64,000 nt of DNA from an uncultured Planctomycetales bacterium (GCA_964535935.1 CAZHWM010000021.1:3903-67902), one strand, 5' to 3'. Positions 8,636 to 19,636 are shown, numbered from the stretch's first letter. Translations and numbers: made by a program. The notes: generated from the letters alone by a model not told the origin.

Positions 8636-10966
8636 ATGAATAATATCAGTTTTACACCTGCAGTATGGTGGATTGCTCCATTGGGGAGTATTACGGCTTT
8701 GAGTTTTGCATTATTTTATTATAAAAAAATGATGTCTTATGATGAAGGCACGGAAAAGATGAAGGAGATAGCAGGATATGTTCGTGAGGGGGCTATGGCA
8801 TATTTATTCCGTCAGTATCGTGTCGTGGCTATGGTATTTTTGGTATTGTGTCTTATTTTCTTTGTATTAGCGTTTAACCGTATACAAAATCCATTTGTCC
8901 CCATCGCTTTTCTTACAGGAGGATTTTTTTCTGGATTATGTGGTTTTTTAGGGATGAAGACAGCTACTAATGCTTCAGCGCGTACAGCAAACGCTGCAAG
9001 GAAAAGTTTAAACCAAGGTCTTCAGGTGGCATTTCGTTCAGGAGCAGTTATGGGATTGGTTGTTGTTGGGTTTGGTTTGTTAGATATATGTTTATGGTAT
9101 CTTATTTTAGATAAATTGGTTTATACTTCAGCTCATATGCAAAATGGTTTTTATTTATTTGGGTTACCTTTGGTGCATCCGGGGACCTCTCAGGCAAAGA
9201 AATTGGTTGATATAACTATTACAATGCTTACTTTTGGAATGGGAGCTTCTACACAGGCATTATTTGCGAGGGTTGGAGGGGGTATTTTTACTAAAGCAGC
9301 AGATGTGGGGGCCGATCTTGTAGGAAAAGTTGAGGCAGGGATACCGGAAGATGATCCAAGGAATCCTGCTACTATTGCAGATAATGTTGGGGATAATGTC
9401 GGTGATGTAGCAGGGATGGGCGCAGATTTATATGAGTCATATTGCGGATCAATTCTTGCGACAGCTGCTATAGGTGCATCGATTGCAGCACATAGGGCAA
9501 TGGATAATCCCTCTTTTGAGATATCTAAGGAAATAATGTATGTTATTGCACCTATGATCGTTGCAGGTTTGGGAATTTTTATGTCAATTATTGGGATGTT
9601 TTTTGTAAAGTGTAAAGAAGAAGCCTCACCTAAGAATCTTTTGAATGCACTTTTGACCGGTACGCTGGGCAGTTCTATTTTCCTTATGATAGCAATTGCT
9701 ATTATGGCATCAGTTGGGATGATTACTTGGGGTATCTTTGGAGCTATTATTACGGGTTTAATAGCCGGAGTTATTATTGGACAGAGTACAGAATATTTTA
9801 CGTCTAACCATTATCAGCCCACTAAACAATTAGCTGCTGAAGCAAAAATGGGTGCAGCAACGGTTATAATAGACGGACTAGCTACTGGTATGTATTCAGC
9901 TGGCTGGCCAGTGATAACAGTTGTTATTGGGATATTATGTGCATTTGGTTTTGCTGGAGGATTCTCTGATTTTTCCTTAGGGTTGTATGGTATAGGGTTT
10001 GCAGCAGTAGGGATGTTGGCTACTTTGGGAATAACGCTCGCAACAGATGCATATGGTCCTATAGCAGATAATGCGGGTGGTAATGCAGAGATGGCAGGAT
10101 TAGGGGATAAGGTAAGGGAAAGGACAGATGCATTGGATTCCCTTGGTAACACCACAGCTGCTACAGGTAAAGGATTTGCTATAGGATCTGCTGCACTTAC
10201 TGCTATGGCACTTATTGCAGCTTATATAGAAGAGGTAAAGATGTGGGCAGGCACATTTGCTAATAATGGTACATTTCTTGTTGGGGTTAAGAAATTAACT
10301 GCTGCTGCTATATCAAAATTAGGCATTCTTGATTTTGTTGAGGTGTATAGGGCTCATCTTATGAATCCGCTTTTGTTATGTGGACTATTTATTGGTGCTA
10401 TGACAGCGTTTGTATTTTGTGCCATGACTATGAAGGCGGTAGGGAGGGCTGCTGGGGCTATGGTTAATGAGGTGCGTAGACAGTTTAAAGAAAAGCCTGG
10501 TATAATGGATGGAACACAAAAGGCAGATTATGCACGCTGTGTTGAGATCTCAACGATTGGTGCCCAGAAGGCAATGATTATGCCTTCTTTTCTTGCTATA
10601 TCTATACCTGTAGTTATTGGATTAATTTTAGGCGTGCCTGGGGTTATAGGCGTTCTTTCGGGAGGGCTTACATGTGGATTTGTCCTTGCCACTATGTTGA
10701 ATAATGCTGGCGGAGCATGGGATAATGCCAAAAAATATATTGAGGCTGGACATTATGGTGGCAAGAAACTCCCTGATGGTTCAGTTAATCCTGTTCATGC
10801 TGCTGCGGTAATAGGTGATACAGTAGGAGACCCTTGCAAGGATACAAGTGGACCTTCATTAAATATTCTTATTAAGTTAATTAGTATGGTCAGTATTGTT
10901 TTTACTCCAGTGATTGTAAAGTTTTCTCCTGTTATACAAAAATGGTTAGGAATTATGTTGAAGTAA
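8636..10966 (+). CDS. hppA: membrane-bound ion-translocating pyrophosphatase
   Basis: 776 aa, ~16 TM, RBS taggagggg. Signature blocks [33 protein letters not shown] and [22 protein letters not shown]. Confidence 0.95.
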   Translation: MNNISFTPAVWWIAPLGSITALSFALFYYKKMMSYDEGTEKMKEIAGYVREGAMAYLFRQYRVVAMVFLVLCLIFFVLAFNRIQNPFVPIAFLTGGFFSGLCGFLGMKTATNASARTANAARKSLNQGLQVAFRSGAVMGLVVVGFGLLDICLWYLILDKLVYTSAHMQNGFYLFGLPLVHPGTSQAKKLVDITITMLTFGMGASTQALFARVGGGIFTKAADVGADLVGKVEAGIPEDDPRNPATIADNVGDNVGDVAGMGADLYESYCGSILATAAIGASIAAHRAMDNPSFEISKEIMYVIAPMIVAGLGIFMSIIGMFFVKCKEEASPKNLLNALLTGTLGSSIFLMIAIAIMASVGMITWGIFGAIITGLIAGVIIGQSTEYFTSNHYQPTKQLAAEAKMGAATVIIDGLATGMYSAGWPVITVVIGILCAFGFAGGFSDFSLGLYGIGFAAVGMLATLGITLATDAYGPIADNAGGNAEMAGLGDKVRERTDALDSLGNTTAATGKGFAIGSAALTAMALIAAYIEEVKMWAGTFANNGTFLVGVKKLTAAAISKLGILDFVEVYRAHLMNPLLLCGLFIGAMTAFVFCAMTMKAVGRAAGAMVNEVRRQFKEKPGIMDGTQKADYARCVEISTIGAQKAMIMPSFLAISIPVVIGLILGVPGVIGVLSGGLTCGFVLATMLNNAGGAWDNAKKYIEAGHYGGKKLPDGSVNPVHAAAVIGDTVGDPCKDTSGPSLNILIKLISMVSIVFTPVIVKFSPVIQKWLGIMLK

Positions 10967-11061
10967 AGTAAAATTTTGAGATTAAAATAGTAATATTTAT
11001 AATATATAAATATTAGTTAACTATCCACATAAACAATAAATCCCGGATAACAGGAGGATAA

Positions 11062-12582
11062 ATGATGAGCAAGGCTAAATTAAGTGAATCTCATCACCCA
11101 CGTCCCCAATGGAAAACCCGAACAGGTTTTATTTTGGCGGCTTTAGGTTCTGCTGTAGGTCTTGGTAATATCTGGAGATTTTCTTATCTTTGTTATAAGA
11201 ACGGGGGTGGGGCATTTTTGATACCGTATTTGGTAGCCCTTTTTATAGTAGGTATTCCATTGATGATATTGGAATTAGGTATAGGTCATAAGATGCGAGG
11301 CTCATCTCCATTAACATTCGCGAAGATTAACCGTGGATGGGAATGGTGTGGATGGTGGTCTGTAAATTGTGCTATGTACGGTATTATGTTGTATTATTCT
11401 GTGGTTATTGCTTGGTGTCTTAGTTATATGTTTTTTTCCTTTAACCTGTCATGGGGAGCGGATCCTAATGATTTTTTCTTTAATAAATATTTACAGATAA
11501 GTTCTGGTCCTTTTCATTTAGGAGATATACGTGTTCCTGTAATATTATCGCTTCTTGTTGTTTGGGGCTTAAGTTGGCTTATAGTATTTTTTGGCGTCCA
11601 AAAAGGGGTTGAACGTGCCAATAAAATTTTTATGCCTATTTTATTTGTCCTAATTTTTATCCTTGTAGTTTGGAGTATTAATCTAAAAGGTGCCTTTCAC
11701 GGTATTGTTGTTTATTTAAAACCAAATTTTTCGTTGTTAGCAAAACCTCAGGTATGGCTAGATGCTTTTTCTCAGATATTTTTTACTTTATCATTAGCCT
11801 TTGGGATAATGATAACATATGCCTCTTATCTCCCACGAAAGGTGAATATAGTAAAGGATGCATTAATAATTTCTATTGGTAATTGCGCCTTTTCTTTTTT
11901 GGCAGGGTTTGCTGTGTTCGGCACATTAGGATATATGGCTTATACCACAGGGCAGCCTATATCAGAGGTGGTCAAAGAAAGTATCGGGTTGGCATTTGTA
12001 ACCTATCCTAAAGCTATAAGTATTATGCCGGCTTTGGCGAATCTTTTTGGAATTGTGTTTTTTTCATCGTTGGTTATTGCAGGTTTATCCAGTGCGATTT
12101 CATTGGTAGAGGCCTTTGCGTCTGCTGTTGTTGACAAGTTCCATTATAATCGCAAGACAGTTGTTTCTGTAATATGTGTAACAGGTTTTCTTGGAAGTAT
12201 AATATTTACAGCAAAAAGCGGGTTGTTTTGGGTGGATATAGTTGACCATTTTATTACACATTATGGATTGGTAATTATTGGTATTATAGAATGCGTACTT
12301 ATCGGCTGGATATGGAAGGCAAATAAGTTACGCGAACATATAGATCATGCTTCAGATAAAAAACTTTTACCATTTTGGGATATATGTGTGCGTTTTATTA
12401 CCCCGATAGTATTAACAATACTTTTAGTATATGATTTGTTTACAGAATTTTCTGCTCCATATGGTGATTATCCTTGGCTTGCCATTATTTTGATTGGTAG
12501 AGATTGGCTAATAATAACGATGATAGGTTCTTTTTTTGTCGCAATGCGACCATGGAGAAAGGAATTACAGGAAGAAATATAA
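11062..12582 (+). CDS. sodium-dependent transporter, neurotransmitter:sodium symporter (SNF) family
   Basis: 506 aa, RBS aggagg. N-terminal SNF signature GFILAALGSAVGLGNIWRFSYL. 11-12 TM. Confidence 0.9.
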   Translation: MMSKAKLSESHHPRPQWKTRTGFILAALGSAVGLGNIWRFSYLCYKNGGGAFLIPYLVALFIVGIPLMILELGIGHKMRGSSPLTFAKINRGWEWCGWWSVNCAMYGIMLYYSVVIAWCLSYMFFSFNLSWGADPNDFFFNKYLQISSGPFHLGDIRVPVILSLLVVWGLSWLIVFFGVQKGVERANKIFMPILFVLIFILVVWSINLKGAFHGIVVYLKPNFSLLAKPQVWLDAFSQIFFTLSLAFGIMITYASYLPRKVNIVKDALIISIGNCAFSFLAGFAVFGTLGYMAYTTGQPISEVVKESIGLAFVTYPKAISIMPALANLFGIVFFSSLVIAGLSSAISLVEAFASAVVDKFHYNRKTVVSVICVTGFLGSIIFTAKSGLFWVDIVDHFITHYGLVIIGIIECVLIGWIWKANKLREHIDHASDKKLLPFWDICVRFITPIVLTILLVYDLFTEFSAPYGDYPWLAIILIGRDWLIITMIGSFFVAMRPWRKELQEEI

Positions 12583-12640
12583 TAATAGTAATATTTTGAT
12601 ATATTAATTAGTCAACCTTATAATTTTAGGAGGAAGAACT

Positions 12641-13048
12641 GTGAAAGGTTTCCTATTTCCCCAGAAGAAAGTATTTATGTTAGCATTACTTATTCCATTA
12701 GTTATCTCATTTAGTGGGTGTATATATTTACTAGTTGGAGGAATAGGGGCAGTTGGAGGCTATATAATAAGTCCTGATACTGTAGAAGGAATAACTAATA
12801 AAGATGAGGATGTGGTCTGGAATGCAGTTGTCAAGATAATTTCTATTATGGGAACTATTGAGGAAGAAATACCGGAAGGTGGCACCCTTATAGCAAGGGT
12901 AAATAATACTAAAGTTACAGTTACTGTGATGCCTATTAATGATTCAACCGTAAAGCTTAGTGTGAAGGCAAGAAAACATTTTTTCCCTAAGATTACGGTC
13001 GCTCAGGATGTATTTGTTAAAATTATGAATTATCTGCAAGATAAATAA
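12641..13048 (+). CDS. small lipoprotein, unknown function
   Basis: GTG start after RBS aggagg. Signal peptide with lipobox-like ISFSGC. No family recognised. Confidence 0.5.
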   Translation: MKGFLFPQKKVFMLALLIPLVISFSGCIYLLVGGIGAVGGYIISPDTVEGITNKDEDVVWNAVVKIISIMGTIEEEIPEGGTLIARVNNTKVTVTVMPINDSTVKLSVKARKHFFPKITVAQDVFVKIMNYLQDK

Positions 13049-13063
13049 TCCTGTTTTTTTAAA

Positions 13064-13094
13064 TTGACAATATAAAAAGCTTTGATAATATAAT
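13064..13094 (+). promoter_or_regulatory. candidate sigma70-type promoter for the tRNA pair
   Basis: TTGACA at 13064-13069. The -10 candidates are TAATAT (16-nt spacer) or TATAAT at 13089-13094 (19-nt spacer). It lies ~55 nt upstream of tRNA-Phe. Confidence 0.3.
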
Positions 13095-13150
13095 AATCTA
13101 ATAAAAAGATAGGAAGCTTGAAATTATATCCTAAATAGAGATATTTTTAT

Positions 13151-13223
13151 GCCGAGATAGCTCAGCAGGTAGAGCGAAGGACTGAAAATCCTTGCGTCCC
13201 CAGTTCGATTCTGGGTCTCGGCA
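13151..13223 (+). tRNA. tRNA-Phe (anticodon GAA)
   Basis: Cloverleaf read by hand. Acceptor GCCGAGA/TCTCGGC, D-arm GCTC..GAGC, anticodon stem AAGGA/TCCTT with loop CTGAAAA, T-arm CCCAG-TTCGATT-CTGGG, discriminator A. CCA is not encoded. Confidence 0.9.
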
Positions 13224-13247
13224 TTTTTTATTTTAGGATTGTTTAAT

Positions 13248-13319
13248 GCCGACGTAGCTCAGGGGTAGAGCAATGCTCTCGTAAAGCATGGGTCGTGCGT
13301 TCAATTCGCACCGTCGGCT
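13248..13319 (+). tRNA. tRNA-Thr (anticodon CGT)
   Basis: Acceptor GCCGACG/CGTCGGC, D-arm GCTC..GAGC, anticodon stem ATGCT/AGCAT with loop CTCGTAA, T-arm GTGCG-TTCAATT-CGCAC, discriminator T. Confidence 0.9.
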
Positions 13320-13460
13320 TTTGTTATTTTTATCATTGTCCTTCCTTCATTCTCCAGTTATTATCATTCTTTTTGAGGCTTGTTTCTAAATATTTAGGCT
13401 TATTCTTGATTTGTTAAGAGACTCTCATTAAAATGCAAATATATAAATCTGTTTTTTTCT

Positions 13461-13499
13461 CTTATTTCACAAATCAACCTTGTTAAATAGTGAAATAAG
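13461..13499. repeat. 39-bp palindromic repeat, copy A (singlet)
   Basis: cttatttcac-aaatcaaccttgttaaata-gtgaaataag, with 10-bp perfect outer arms. It is 32/39 identical to copy C at 27099-27137. Followed by aTTTTTT. Lies 19 nt upstream of the MFS gene start. Confidence 0.8.
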
Positions 13500-13517
13500 A
13501 TTTTTTAGAGAGGGGTT

Positions 13518-14786
13518 GTGAATACTATGTATAGATTTCTTACTCACATAAAGAATAGAAATTTTTTACGGCTTTGGGTTGCTCAGCTTATTTCCCAGTT
13601 TGGGGATAGGATACATCAGCTTGCATTGGTGGGATTAGTTGCAGAAAAGGCATCATCTTCACCAATGGGACTTGCCAAACTCATGGCGTTTACTATTATT
13701 CCAGTTTTTGTGGTTCAACCGTTTGCAGGTGCATGGGTTGATCGATGGGATAGGAGGATGACTTTATTTGTTTGTGATATTTTCAGGGGTGTTTTGGTTC
13801 TGCTTATCCCTACGATTTTTATGTTTGGCAATTCTATGATACCTATATATATTATTGTGTTTCTTGTGTTTTGTTTTAGCCGTTTTTATATTCCTGCCAA
13901 GATGTCGATAATACCTGATCTTGTAGATGAGGATAATTTGTTGGCAGCTAACTCATTGGTTTCAACCACAGGTATGCTTGCCTTTGTTATAGGATGTGCA
14001 TTGGGTGGTTTTTTTATAGATTGGTGGGGTGCAAGAACAGGTTTTTTTATAGATTCTGCTACGTTTTTTGTTTCTGCTATAGTAGTGTTTTCAATAGATA
14101 TGTCTAAGTCATTATTAAAACAGGAGGTTATTGTCAGTGCTAAGCAGGTAGTGAAGATAAAGAAAACGATATGGCGAGAGATAAAAGATGGATTTGATTA
14201 TCTTAAAGAGCATAAAGAGATACGATTTATTATTGATATGTTATTTGTTCTTTTGGCAGCAGCAGGGGCAGTATACGTTGTTATAATTATCTTTGTTCAG
14301 GAGGCATTTCATAGTGTGACAAAACACCTTGGTATATTAGCAGTGTGTGTGGGGGTTGGGCTTTTATTAGGTGCTGTTGGTTATGGTAAATTTGGTAAGC
14401 GTTTTATGTGGGCTAAGACTATATTTTTTTGTTTGATTTTTGGAGGTGTTATGCTGATTATATTTGCATTAGTAGTATATAATTATCCAAATATTTTTGT
14501 TTCCATGCTGCTTTCTTTACTTTTAGGTTTTATTATAGGACCGATTTTTATAGCATCAAATACCATTGTGCATATAGTTAGCGATGAGCAGATGCGAGGG
14601 AAGGTATTTAGTGCACTTGAGATAGTTATACATTTTGCTTTTCTTTCATCTATGTTCATAAGTTCATGGCTTGCTGGCATTGTAGGCAGATTATGGATAT
14701 TAATATTTGTTGGTATTATTATAACCTTTATTGGCATAGTAGGCTTTATTCGTATGGGGAAAGGAAGACTTGCATTCCCTGTATAA
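13518..14786 (+). CDS. MFS transporter
   Basis: 422 aa, ~12 TM. MFS loop 2-3 motif-like GAWVDRWDRR. Start may be ATG 13527 rather than GTG 13518. Confidence 0.8.
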   Translation: MNTMYRFLTHIKNRNFLRLWVAQLISQFGDRIHQLALVGLVAEKASSSPMGLAKLMAFTIIPVFVVQPFAGAWVDRWDRRMTLFVCDIFRGVLVLLIPTIFMFGNSMIPIYIIVFLVFCFSRFYIPAKMSIIPDLVDEDNLLAANSLVSTTGMLAFVIGCALGGFFIDWWGARTGFFIDSATFFVSAIVVFSIDMSKSLLKQEVIVSAKQVVKIKKTIWREIKDGFDYLKEHKEIRFIIDMLFVLLAAAGAVYVVIIIFVQEAFHSVTKHLGILAVCVGVGLLLGAVGYGKFGKRFMWAKTIFFCLIFGGVMLIIFALVVYNYPNIFVSMLLSLLLGFIIGPIFIASNTIVHIVSDEQMRGKVFSALEIVIHFAFLSSMFISSWLAGIVGRLWILIFVGIIITFIGIVGFIRMGKGRLAFPV

Positions 14787-14919
14787 AAAATGGCATACTT
14801 ATGATAATGGGTTGTGTGTATTATTTCTACCTGTTATTTTGAAATATTGTATTATTTTTTGTAGATATTGTGTGTTTTTATGGCATTTATAGCTAAGATC
14901 AAAAGGAGGGGATATTATC

Positions 14920-15525
14920 ATGAGGTTTGCTATTTTTGTATCAGGGGAAGGAACGAATATGGAGGCTATAATATCAGCAGTGAAACATCATCATATAAAT
15001 GCCGAGATAGGACTGGTTTTCTCTAATAATAGAAGGGCCCATGCTTTAAAGAAAGCTGCTGCAGAAGGATTAAAGACCCTATGCCTTTTGCGTAAGGATT
15101 ATGCAACACCACAGAGTTATGAGCGAGATATTGTGATTTATCTTAGAGAGCATGAGATCGATTTTGTGGTTTTAGCAGGTTTTATGTTGGTATTATCTCC
15201 GTTTTTTGTAAAAAAATTTCCTAACAAAATCCTTAATATTCATCCATCCCTGCTTCCTGCATTTAAAGGTAAACATGGGATAAAAGATACATTTACTTAT
15301 GGGTGTAAGCTAGGTGGGGTGACTGTCCATTTTGTAGATGAAAAGATGGATCATGGTCCTATTATATTACAAGAGGCAGTTAAGATTACAGAAACAGACA
15401 CTTTAGAGACACTTGAGGAAAAAATTCATAAAATAGAACATAAGTTATATCCGAAGGCAATATCTTTGTTTGTTGATGGTAGACTTAAGGTGAAAGGGAG
15501 GAAGGTAATGATTTTAGATAAATAA
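14920..15525 (+). CDS. purN: phosphoribosylglycinamide formyltransferase
   Basis: 201 aa, RBS aaggagggg. N-terminal IFVSGEGTN, formyltransferase core NIHPSLLPAFKG, and HFVDEKMDHGPII. Confidence 0.9.
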   Translation: MRFAIFVSGEGTNMEAIISAVKHHHINAEIGLVFSNNRRAHALKKAAAEGLKTLCLLRKDYATPQSYERDIVIYLREHEIDFVVLAGFMLVLSPFFVKKFPNKILNIHPSLLPAFKGKHGIKDTFTYGCKLGGVTVHFVDEKMDHGPIILQEAVKITETDTLETLEEKIHKIEHKLYPKAISLFVDGRLKVKGRKVMILDK

Positions 15526-15534
15526 CCATGGAGG

Positions 15535-16032
15535 ATGAAGATGAAGATACTTGTTATATTTTATTCTTTGGATGGTAATACTCGTTTTATTGCGAAGAAT
15601 ATAGCAGAAGAGACAGGTGCTGATTTGCAAGAACTTTGTCTTAAAAAAAGGGTGTATCCGAAGGGTTTTTTAAAATATTTGTATGGGGGAAAGGATATTG
15701 TCTTTAAAGTTGCCCCAGAGTTATTACCATTAGAGAGAGAGCCATCTTCTTATGATATATTGTTTATAGGTAGTCCTGTTTGGGCAGGAAGTTATTCTGC
15801 TCCATTGAATAGTTTGTTTTCAACGGTTTCTATAAGAGACAAAAAGATAGCTCTATTTTGTTGTCATATGGGGATGAAAGCTAATGTGTTCAAAAAGATG
15901 CAATCTGCACTTGCCGGCAATCGTTTTTTAGGTCAGATAGATTTTTTCTCTCCACTATCTTCTTCTAAAAAAAATATTATCTCTGTAAAGGTAAGGCGAT
16001 GGGCAAAGGCTATGGTTGATAGGGCATCATAG
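15535..16032 (+). CDS. flavodoxin-family protein
   Basis: 165 aa. N-terminal FMN-binding-type loop ILVIFYSLDGNTRFIA and a flavodoxin-like alpha/beta pattern. ATG 15541 is an alternative start. Confidence 0.7.
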   Translation: MKMKILVIFYSLDGNTRFIAKNIAEETGADLQELCLKKRVYPKGFLKYLYGGKDIVFKVAPELLPLEREPSSYDILFIGSPVWAGSYSAPLNSLFSTVSIRDKKIALFCCHMGMKANVFKKMQSALAGNRFLGQIDFFSPLSSSKKNIISVKVRRWAKAMVDRAS

Positions 16033-16071
16033 TATAATTTTGTTAAAGATAGAATATTAGGTTATTTATTA

Positions 16072-17439
16072 CTATGTCCTTTCTTTTGTGGAGTAAAGTA
16101 TCCATAAGGTGATAGTTGGCAAAAGGGCAAATATTATTCTGTCTAAGGTTACATTAAGCCACCAGTTAATTTCAAAGTATGTATTAATAAAATAATAAAA
16201 GCTGATTATGCCCATGTATATCATTAAATAAATTGGAATAATGATAATGTATCGGTCAGATGCCTTTTTTTGGTGTGCTATTAGTAATATAAAAAGAAAA
16301 AGTAATAATCCATGCCACTGGTTTATGTTAATCAAATTCATAAAATAAGAATAGAATATAGCCCGTATCCTAAATAGAATTTCAAGTAGAGGCATAGATA
16401 ATATTTTATTTTCAAATGTGATATTTGTAGGAGCGTATATAATATAAAAAATAGCAGGTATGATAGATGTAATTGATAGGCCTGCAATGAATTTGAATGT
16501 TATTTTTTTTGCATATATGATGTGCCTTTTATTTTGATATACAAGATAAGGAATATATAAAAGGAAAAGGATGCCCGCAGATATAAGCCCTTCTGGTTTT
16601 GTAAAAGATAGTATGCCTGTGAACAATCCTGTTAGGAAACAAAATGGAGTTTCTTTTGTTTGTTTTGCCATAATAAGACATGAGATAGTTGCAAGAAGAT
16701 AATAGCCTAATACAATATCACAATACTGGCTGGAGGCTAGTTTTAGAAATAGAGGATTTGTAATTATAGCAATTATTGTTAAATATAATAGAATGAGGTT
16801 TGTATGAGGTTTGAGCATTGAGAACAATAATCCCATACTAATAAATGTGAATATAGTAGCTGTTATTGCAGGAGTTATATTAGATGGTTGGGATAGTAAC
16901 GACCATCCCCATACATTGATGAGGGGTAATAATATGGGATAATGAGGGCTTGAACGCCATAATATAGGGGAGAAGATATCTTGCCAGTTATCTTTTGCCA
17001 GAAATAAGAATCGGGCTTTTAGATTCCATACAGACCAAGCATCCCATCCTCCATAAGGATAGTGTATATTCTGTATATATAATAAAGGAATTAGTATTGT
17101 AAATAGAATGACAAATTCTATTATTTCTTTTTTATTTTTAAGTATCCCTTTATATTCTATATGGTTTTGTTTTTGTTTTGACTGCCTTTTATATAATTGT
17201 AGCCCTGCCAAGATAATGGCTATGGCAGTGTTAAATATGATTACAAAATATTGGTTAAATTGTTTTAATAGAAGAAAACTTATAAATGTGGTCTCACCAT
17301 TTATTCCAAGCCCAAGTCCCATACCAAGACATAAATGCATTAATGATGAAATTTTATATTTATGTAGTATAAGGCCTATAATAGCCCATCCTATATAGCA
17401 GGATATAAAAAAAGGAAATATGTGTAGTATATATTGCAT
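16072..17439 (-). CDS. polytopic membrane protein, possible GT-C type (ArnT/PMT-like) glycosyltransferase
   Basis: 455 aa with ~13 hydrophobic helices. It lies divergent from sugar-nucleotide modification genes and a polyprenyl-phosphate GT2. Family assignment rests on topology and context only. Confidence 0.45.
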   Translation of the reverse strand: MQYILHIFPFFISCYIGWAIIGLILHKYKISSLMHLCLGMGLGLGINGETTFISFLLLKQFNQYFVIIFNTAIAIILAGLQLYKRQSKQKQNHIEYKGILKNKKEIIEFVILFTILIPLLYIQNIHYPYGGWDAWSVWNLKARFLFLAKDNWQDIFSPILWRSSPHYPILLPLINVWGWSLLSQPSNITPAITATIFTFISMGLLFSMLKPHTNLILLYLTIIAIITNPLFLKLASSQYCDIVLGYYLLATISCLIMAKQTKETPFCFLTGLFTGILSFTKPEGLISAGILFLLYIPYLVYQNKRHIIYAKKITFKFIAGLSITSIIPAIFYIIYAPTNITFENKILSMPLLEILFRIRAIFYSYFMNLININQWHGLLLFLFILLIAHQKKASDRYIIIIPIYLMIYMGIISFYYFINTYFEINWWLNVTLDRIIFALLPTITLWILYSTKERT

Positions 17440-17454
17440 TTTTAGTAATTTTGA

Positions 17455-17895
17455 TTAGGGCAACATCCTTTCTGCCACGATTATGCCATATTGGTTGATT
17501 TTGATAGGAATTGCCTGTAGTTGCCTTAATTTTTTTTCTACTATAGATTTATCGGTACAATCGAGTATAACAAAGCTATGGTTTAGATTATTGGTATCAA
17601 GTATAGTAGGAGCTAGTACAAATTGTGCTTGGGAATATCGTTTATTATTTTTGGGAATAGATAAGTTTCTATTTGTATAGTATCCCACATATTCAACACC
17701 TTGAAGTAAGGGTTTGATATCTTGAAAATGTGCTCCTATTATAGAAGAAAAGGTTTTATATGAAGATATTTGATGGAATAGAGTTTCTTCTTTCAGCAAT
17801 TGATGGATATTGAGTATTATAATTAAGATAACTCCTAGAAAGAAAGGCAATATTTTATAGTATTTGTTTAATTGTGTTTTTATTATTTTGTTCAT
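17455..17895 (-). CDS. hypothetical protein with N-terminal membrane anchor
   Basis: 146 aa, a single N-terminal TM helix, 15 nt upstream of the polytopic membrane protein gene on the same strand. Confidence 0.4.
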   Translation of the reverse strand: MNKIIKTQLNKYYKILPFFLGVILIIILNIHQLLKEETLFHQISSYKTFSSIIGAHFQDIKPLLQGVEYVGYYTNRNLSIPKNNKRYSQAQFVLAPTILDTNNLNHSFVILDCTDKSIVEKKLRQLQAIPIKINQYGIIVAERMLP

Positions 17896-18053
17896 GATGA
17901 CATCATTCTACTATAAAGTCAGGTTATTGCAACCCACTATTTGATTTTTAAAGTCTATAAATTAAGGCTTTCTAATTTTGGTTTTGGCAGGTATAATATA
18001 TTAATTATATTTATAAAATATTATTTTTCTTCAATATAAATGGGAGGGATATT

Positions 18054-19067
18054 GTGATAAAAGTTGGTGTTATTGGGTGTGGTCATTGGGGACCTAATCA
18101 TATAAGAATTTTTGCAGGGCTGCAGGAATCCAGATCGGTTATGTGCGCGGATGTTGATAAAGCACGGCTTAAGAACATGCAGGAGTTGTTTCCGGGGATA
18201 GAGGTATCTTCCGATTATATGGATATCTTAAACAATAAAGAAATAGATGCAGTTTGTATTGCTGCTCCTACAAATCTTCATTTTTCCATAACAAAACAGG
18301 CACTGGAGTCTGGCAAACATGTTTTATGTGAGAAACCACTAGCACTTAAGGTAGATGAGTGTAGATATTTAAAAGAATTGGCAGAGCAAAAACAATTGGT
18401 TTTAATGGTGGGGCATGTTTTTTTATTTAATGCAGGTATAGTATGGCTTAAAGAGTATATTGACTCAGGGGAGTTAGGTTCTATATATTATGCCTATGCC
18501 TTAAGAACTAATTTGGGGCCATTTCGTTATGATGTAAATGCCTTATGGGATCTTGCTCCGCATGATATATCTATTTTTAATTATCTTTTTGGTTCTTCAG
18601 CGATTAATGTTTCGGCAAGGGGACAGAAGTGTCTTGGAAATTCTCTTGAGGATCTGGCATTTGCTACATTAGAGTATCCGTCAAATATAATAGCCAATGT
18701 ACATGTAAGTTGGCTTGATCCAAGAAAAGTAAGACAGATTACTATTGTAGGTGATAAGAAGATGGTTGTATGGGATGACCTTGATAATATTGGCCCAATT
18801 AAGTTATATGACAAACATGTTGAAAAAACATCTATCTTTTATGAAACATATGGTGAATTTCAGTTACTTTCAAGGGAAGGGAGTATCACAATTCCTAAGA
18901 TACCGGCACGAGAGCCGTTAAAGGGGCAGAACAAATATTTTATTAAATGTATAGAAGATAAAAAGCATCCTCATTTATGTGATGCCCAGAAGGGCGAGGA
19001 TGTGGTTAAGACTTTAGAGGCAATACAACAATCTATAGATAGGAAGGGAGAGTGTGTTCGGTTATGA
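18054..19067 (+). CDS. Gfo/Idh/MocA family sugar(-nucleotide) oxidoreductase
   Basis: GTG start after RBS gggaggg. Rossmann motif VGVIGCGHWGPNH and the conserved EKP motif (LCEKPLA). Confidence 0.85.
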   Translation: MIKVGVIGCGHWGPNHIRIFAGLQESRSVMCADVDKARLKNMQELFPGIEVSSDYMDILNNKEIDAVCIAAPTNLHFSITKQALESGKHVLCEKPLALKVDECRYLKELAEQKQLVLMVGHVFLFNAGIVWLKEYIDSGELGSIYYAYALRTNLGPFRYDVNALWDLAPHDISIFNYLFGSSAINVSARGQKCLGNSLEDLAFATLEYPSNIIANVHVSWLDPRKVRQITIVGDKKMVVWDDLDNIGPIKLYDKHVEKTSIFYETYGEFQLLSREGSITIPKIPAREPLKGQNKYFIKCIEDKKHPHLCDAQKGEDVVKTLEAIQQSIDRKGECVRL

Positions 19068-19636
19068 ATTATTTTGTCCATGAGACAGCGCTTATCCATA
19101 AAGGGGCAAAGATAGGAGAAGGGACCAGGATATGGGCGTTTGTTAATATTCAGGATGGTGCTATAATAGGAAAAGGATGTAATATTTGCGATGGTTCTTT
19201 TGTTGAGAAGGGGGCGGTTATAGGGAATAATGTTACTATAAAACATCATGTATCTGTTTTTGATGGTGTTGTTATAGAAGATGATGTTTTTATTGGTTCT
19301 AATATTGCGTTCATTAATGACAGATATCCCAGAAGTAATAGAGAAGATGAGTGGGTTTTGGAACCTACTCGTATAAAGAAGGGGGCCACTTTGGGGACTA
19401 ATGTAACAGTTTTGTGTGGGATTACTATTGGAGAGTATGCTTTTGTAGGCGCAGGTAGTGTAGTAACAAGAGATATTGGAGATTATTGTATAGTTGTAGG
19501 TAACCCTGCCAGGTTTATTGGGTATGCCTGTATTTGTGGTCGAAGGCTTGATGATAAGTTAAGGTGTTTGGTTTGTAATAGACAATATATTCTTTACAAA
19601 GACACATTAAGGATAACTGGAGGCAAGGATGCATAG
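19064..19636 (+). CDS. hexapeptide-repeat (left-handed beta-helix) sugar N-acetyltransferase
   Basis: ATG 19064 forms an ATGA overlap with the upstream stop (the track start GTG 19052 is less likely). Repeated [LIV]-G-x4 hexapeptides occur throughout (IGEGTRIW, IGKGCNIC, IGNNVTIK, IGSNIAFI). Confidence 0.8.
   Translation: MNYFVHETALIHKGAKIGEGTRIWAFVNIQDGAIIGKGCNICDGSFVEKGAVIGNNVTIKHHVSVFDGVVIEDDVFIGSNIAFINDRYPRSNREDEWVLEPTRIKKGATLGTNVTVLCGITIGEYAFVGAGSVVTRDIGDYCIVVGNPARFIGYACICGRRLDDKLRCLVCNRQYILYKDTLRITGGKDA

Noticed and set aside
11021-11029. CTATCCACA, an 8/9 match to the DnaA box TTATCCACA, in the AT-rich gap before the SNF transporter gene. It could mark a replication origin.
   Set aside because: It is a single box with no cluster of additional boxes, no adjacent dnaA/dnaN, and no AT-rich 13-mer-like repeats that I could discern. 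It is most likely a chance occurrence.
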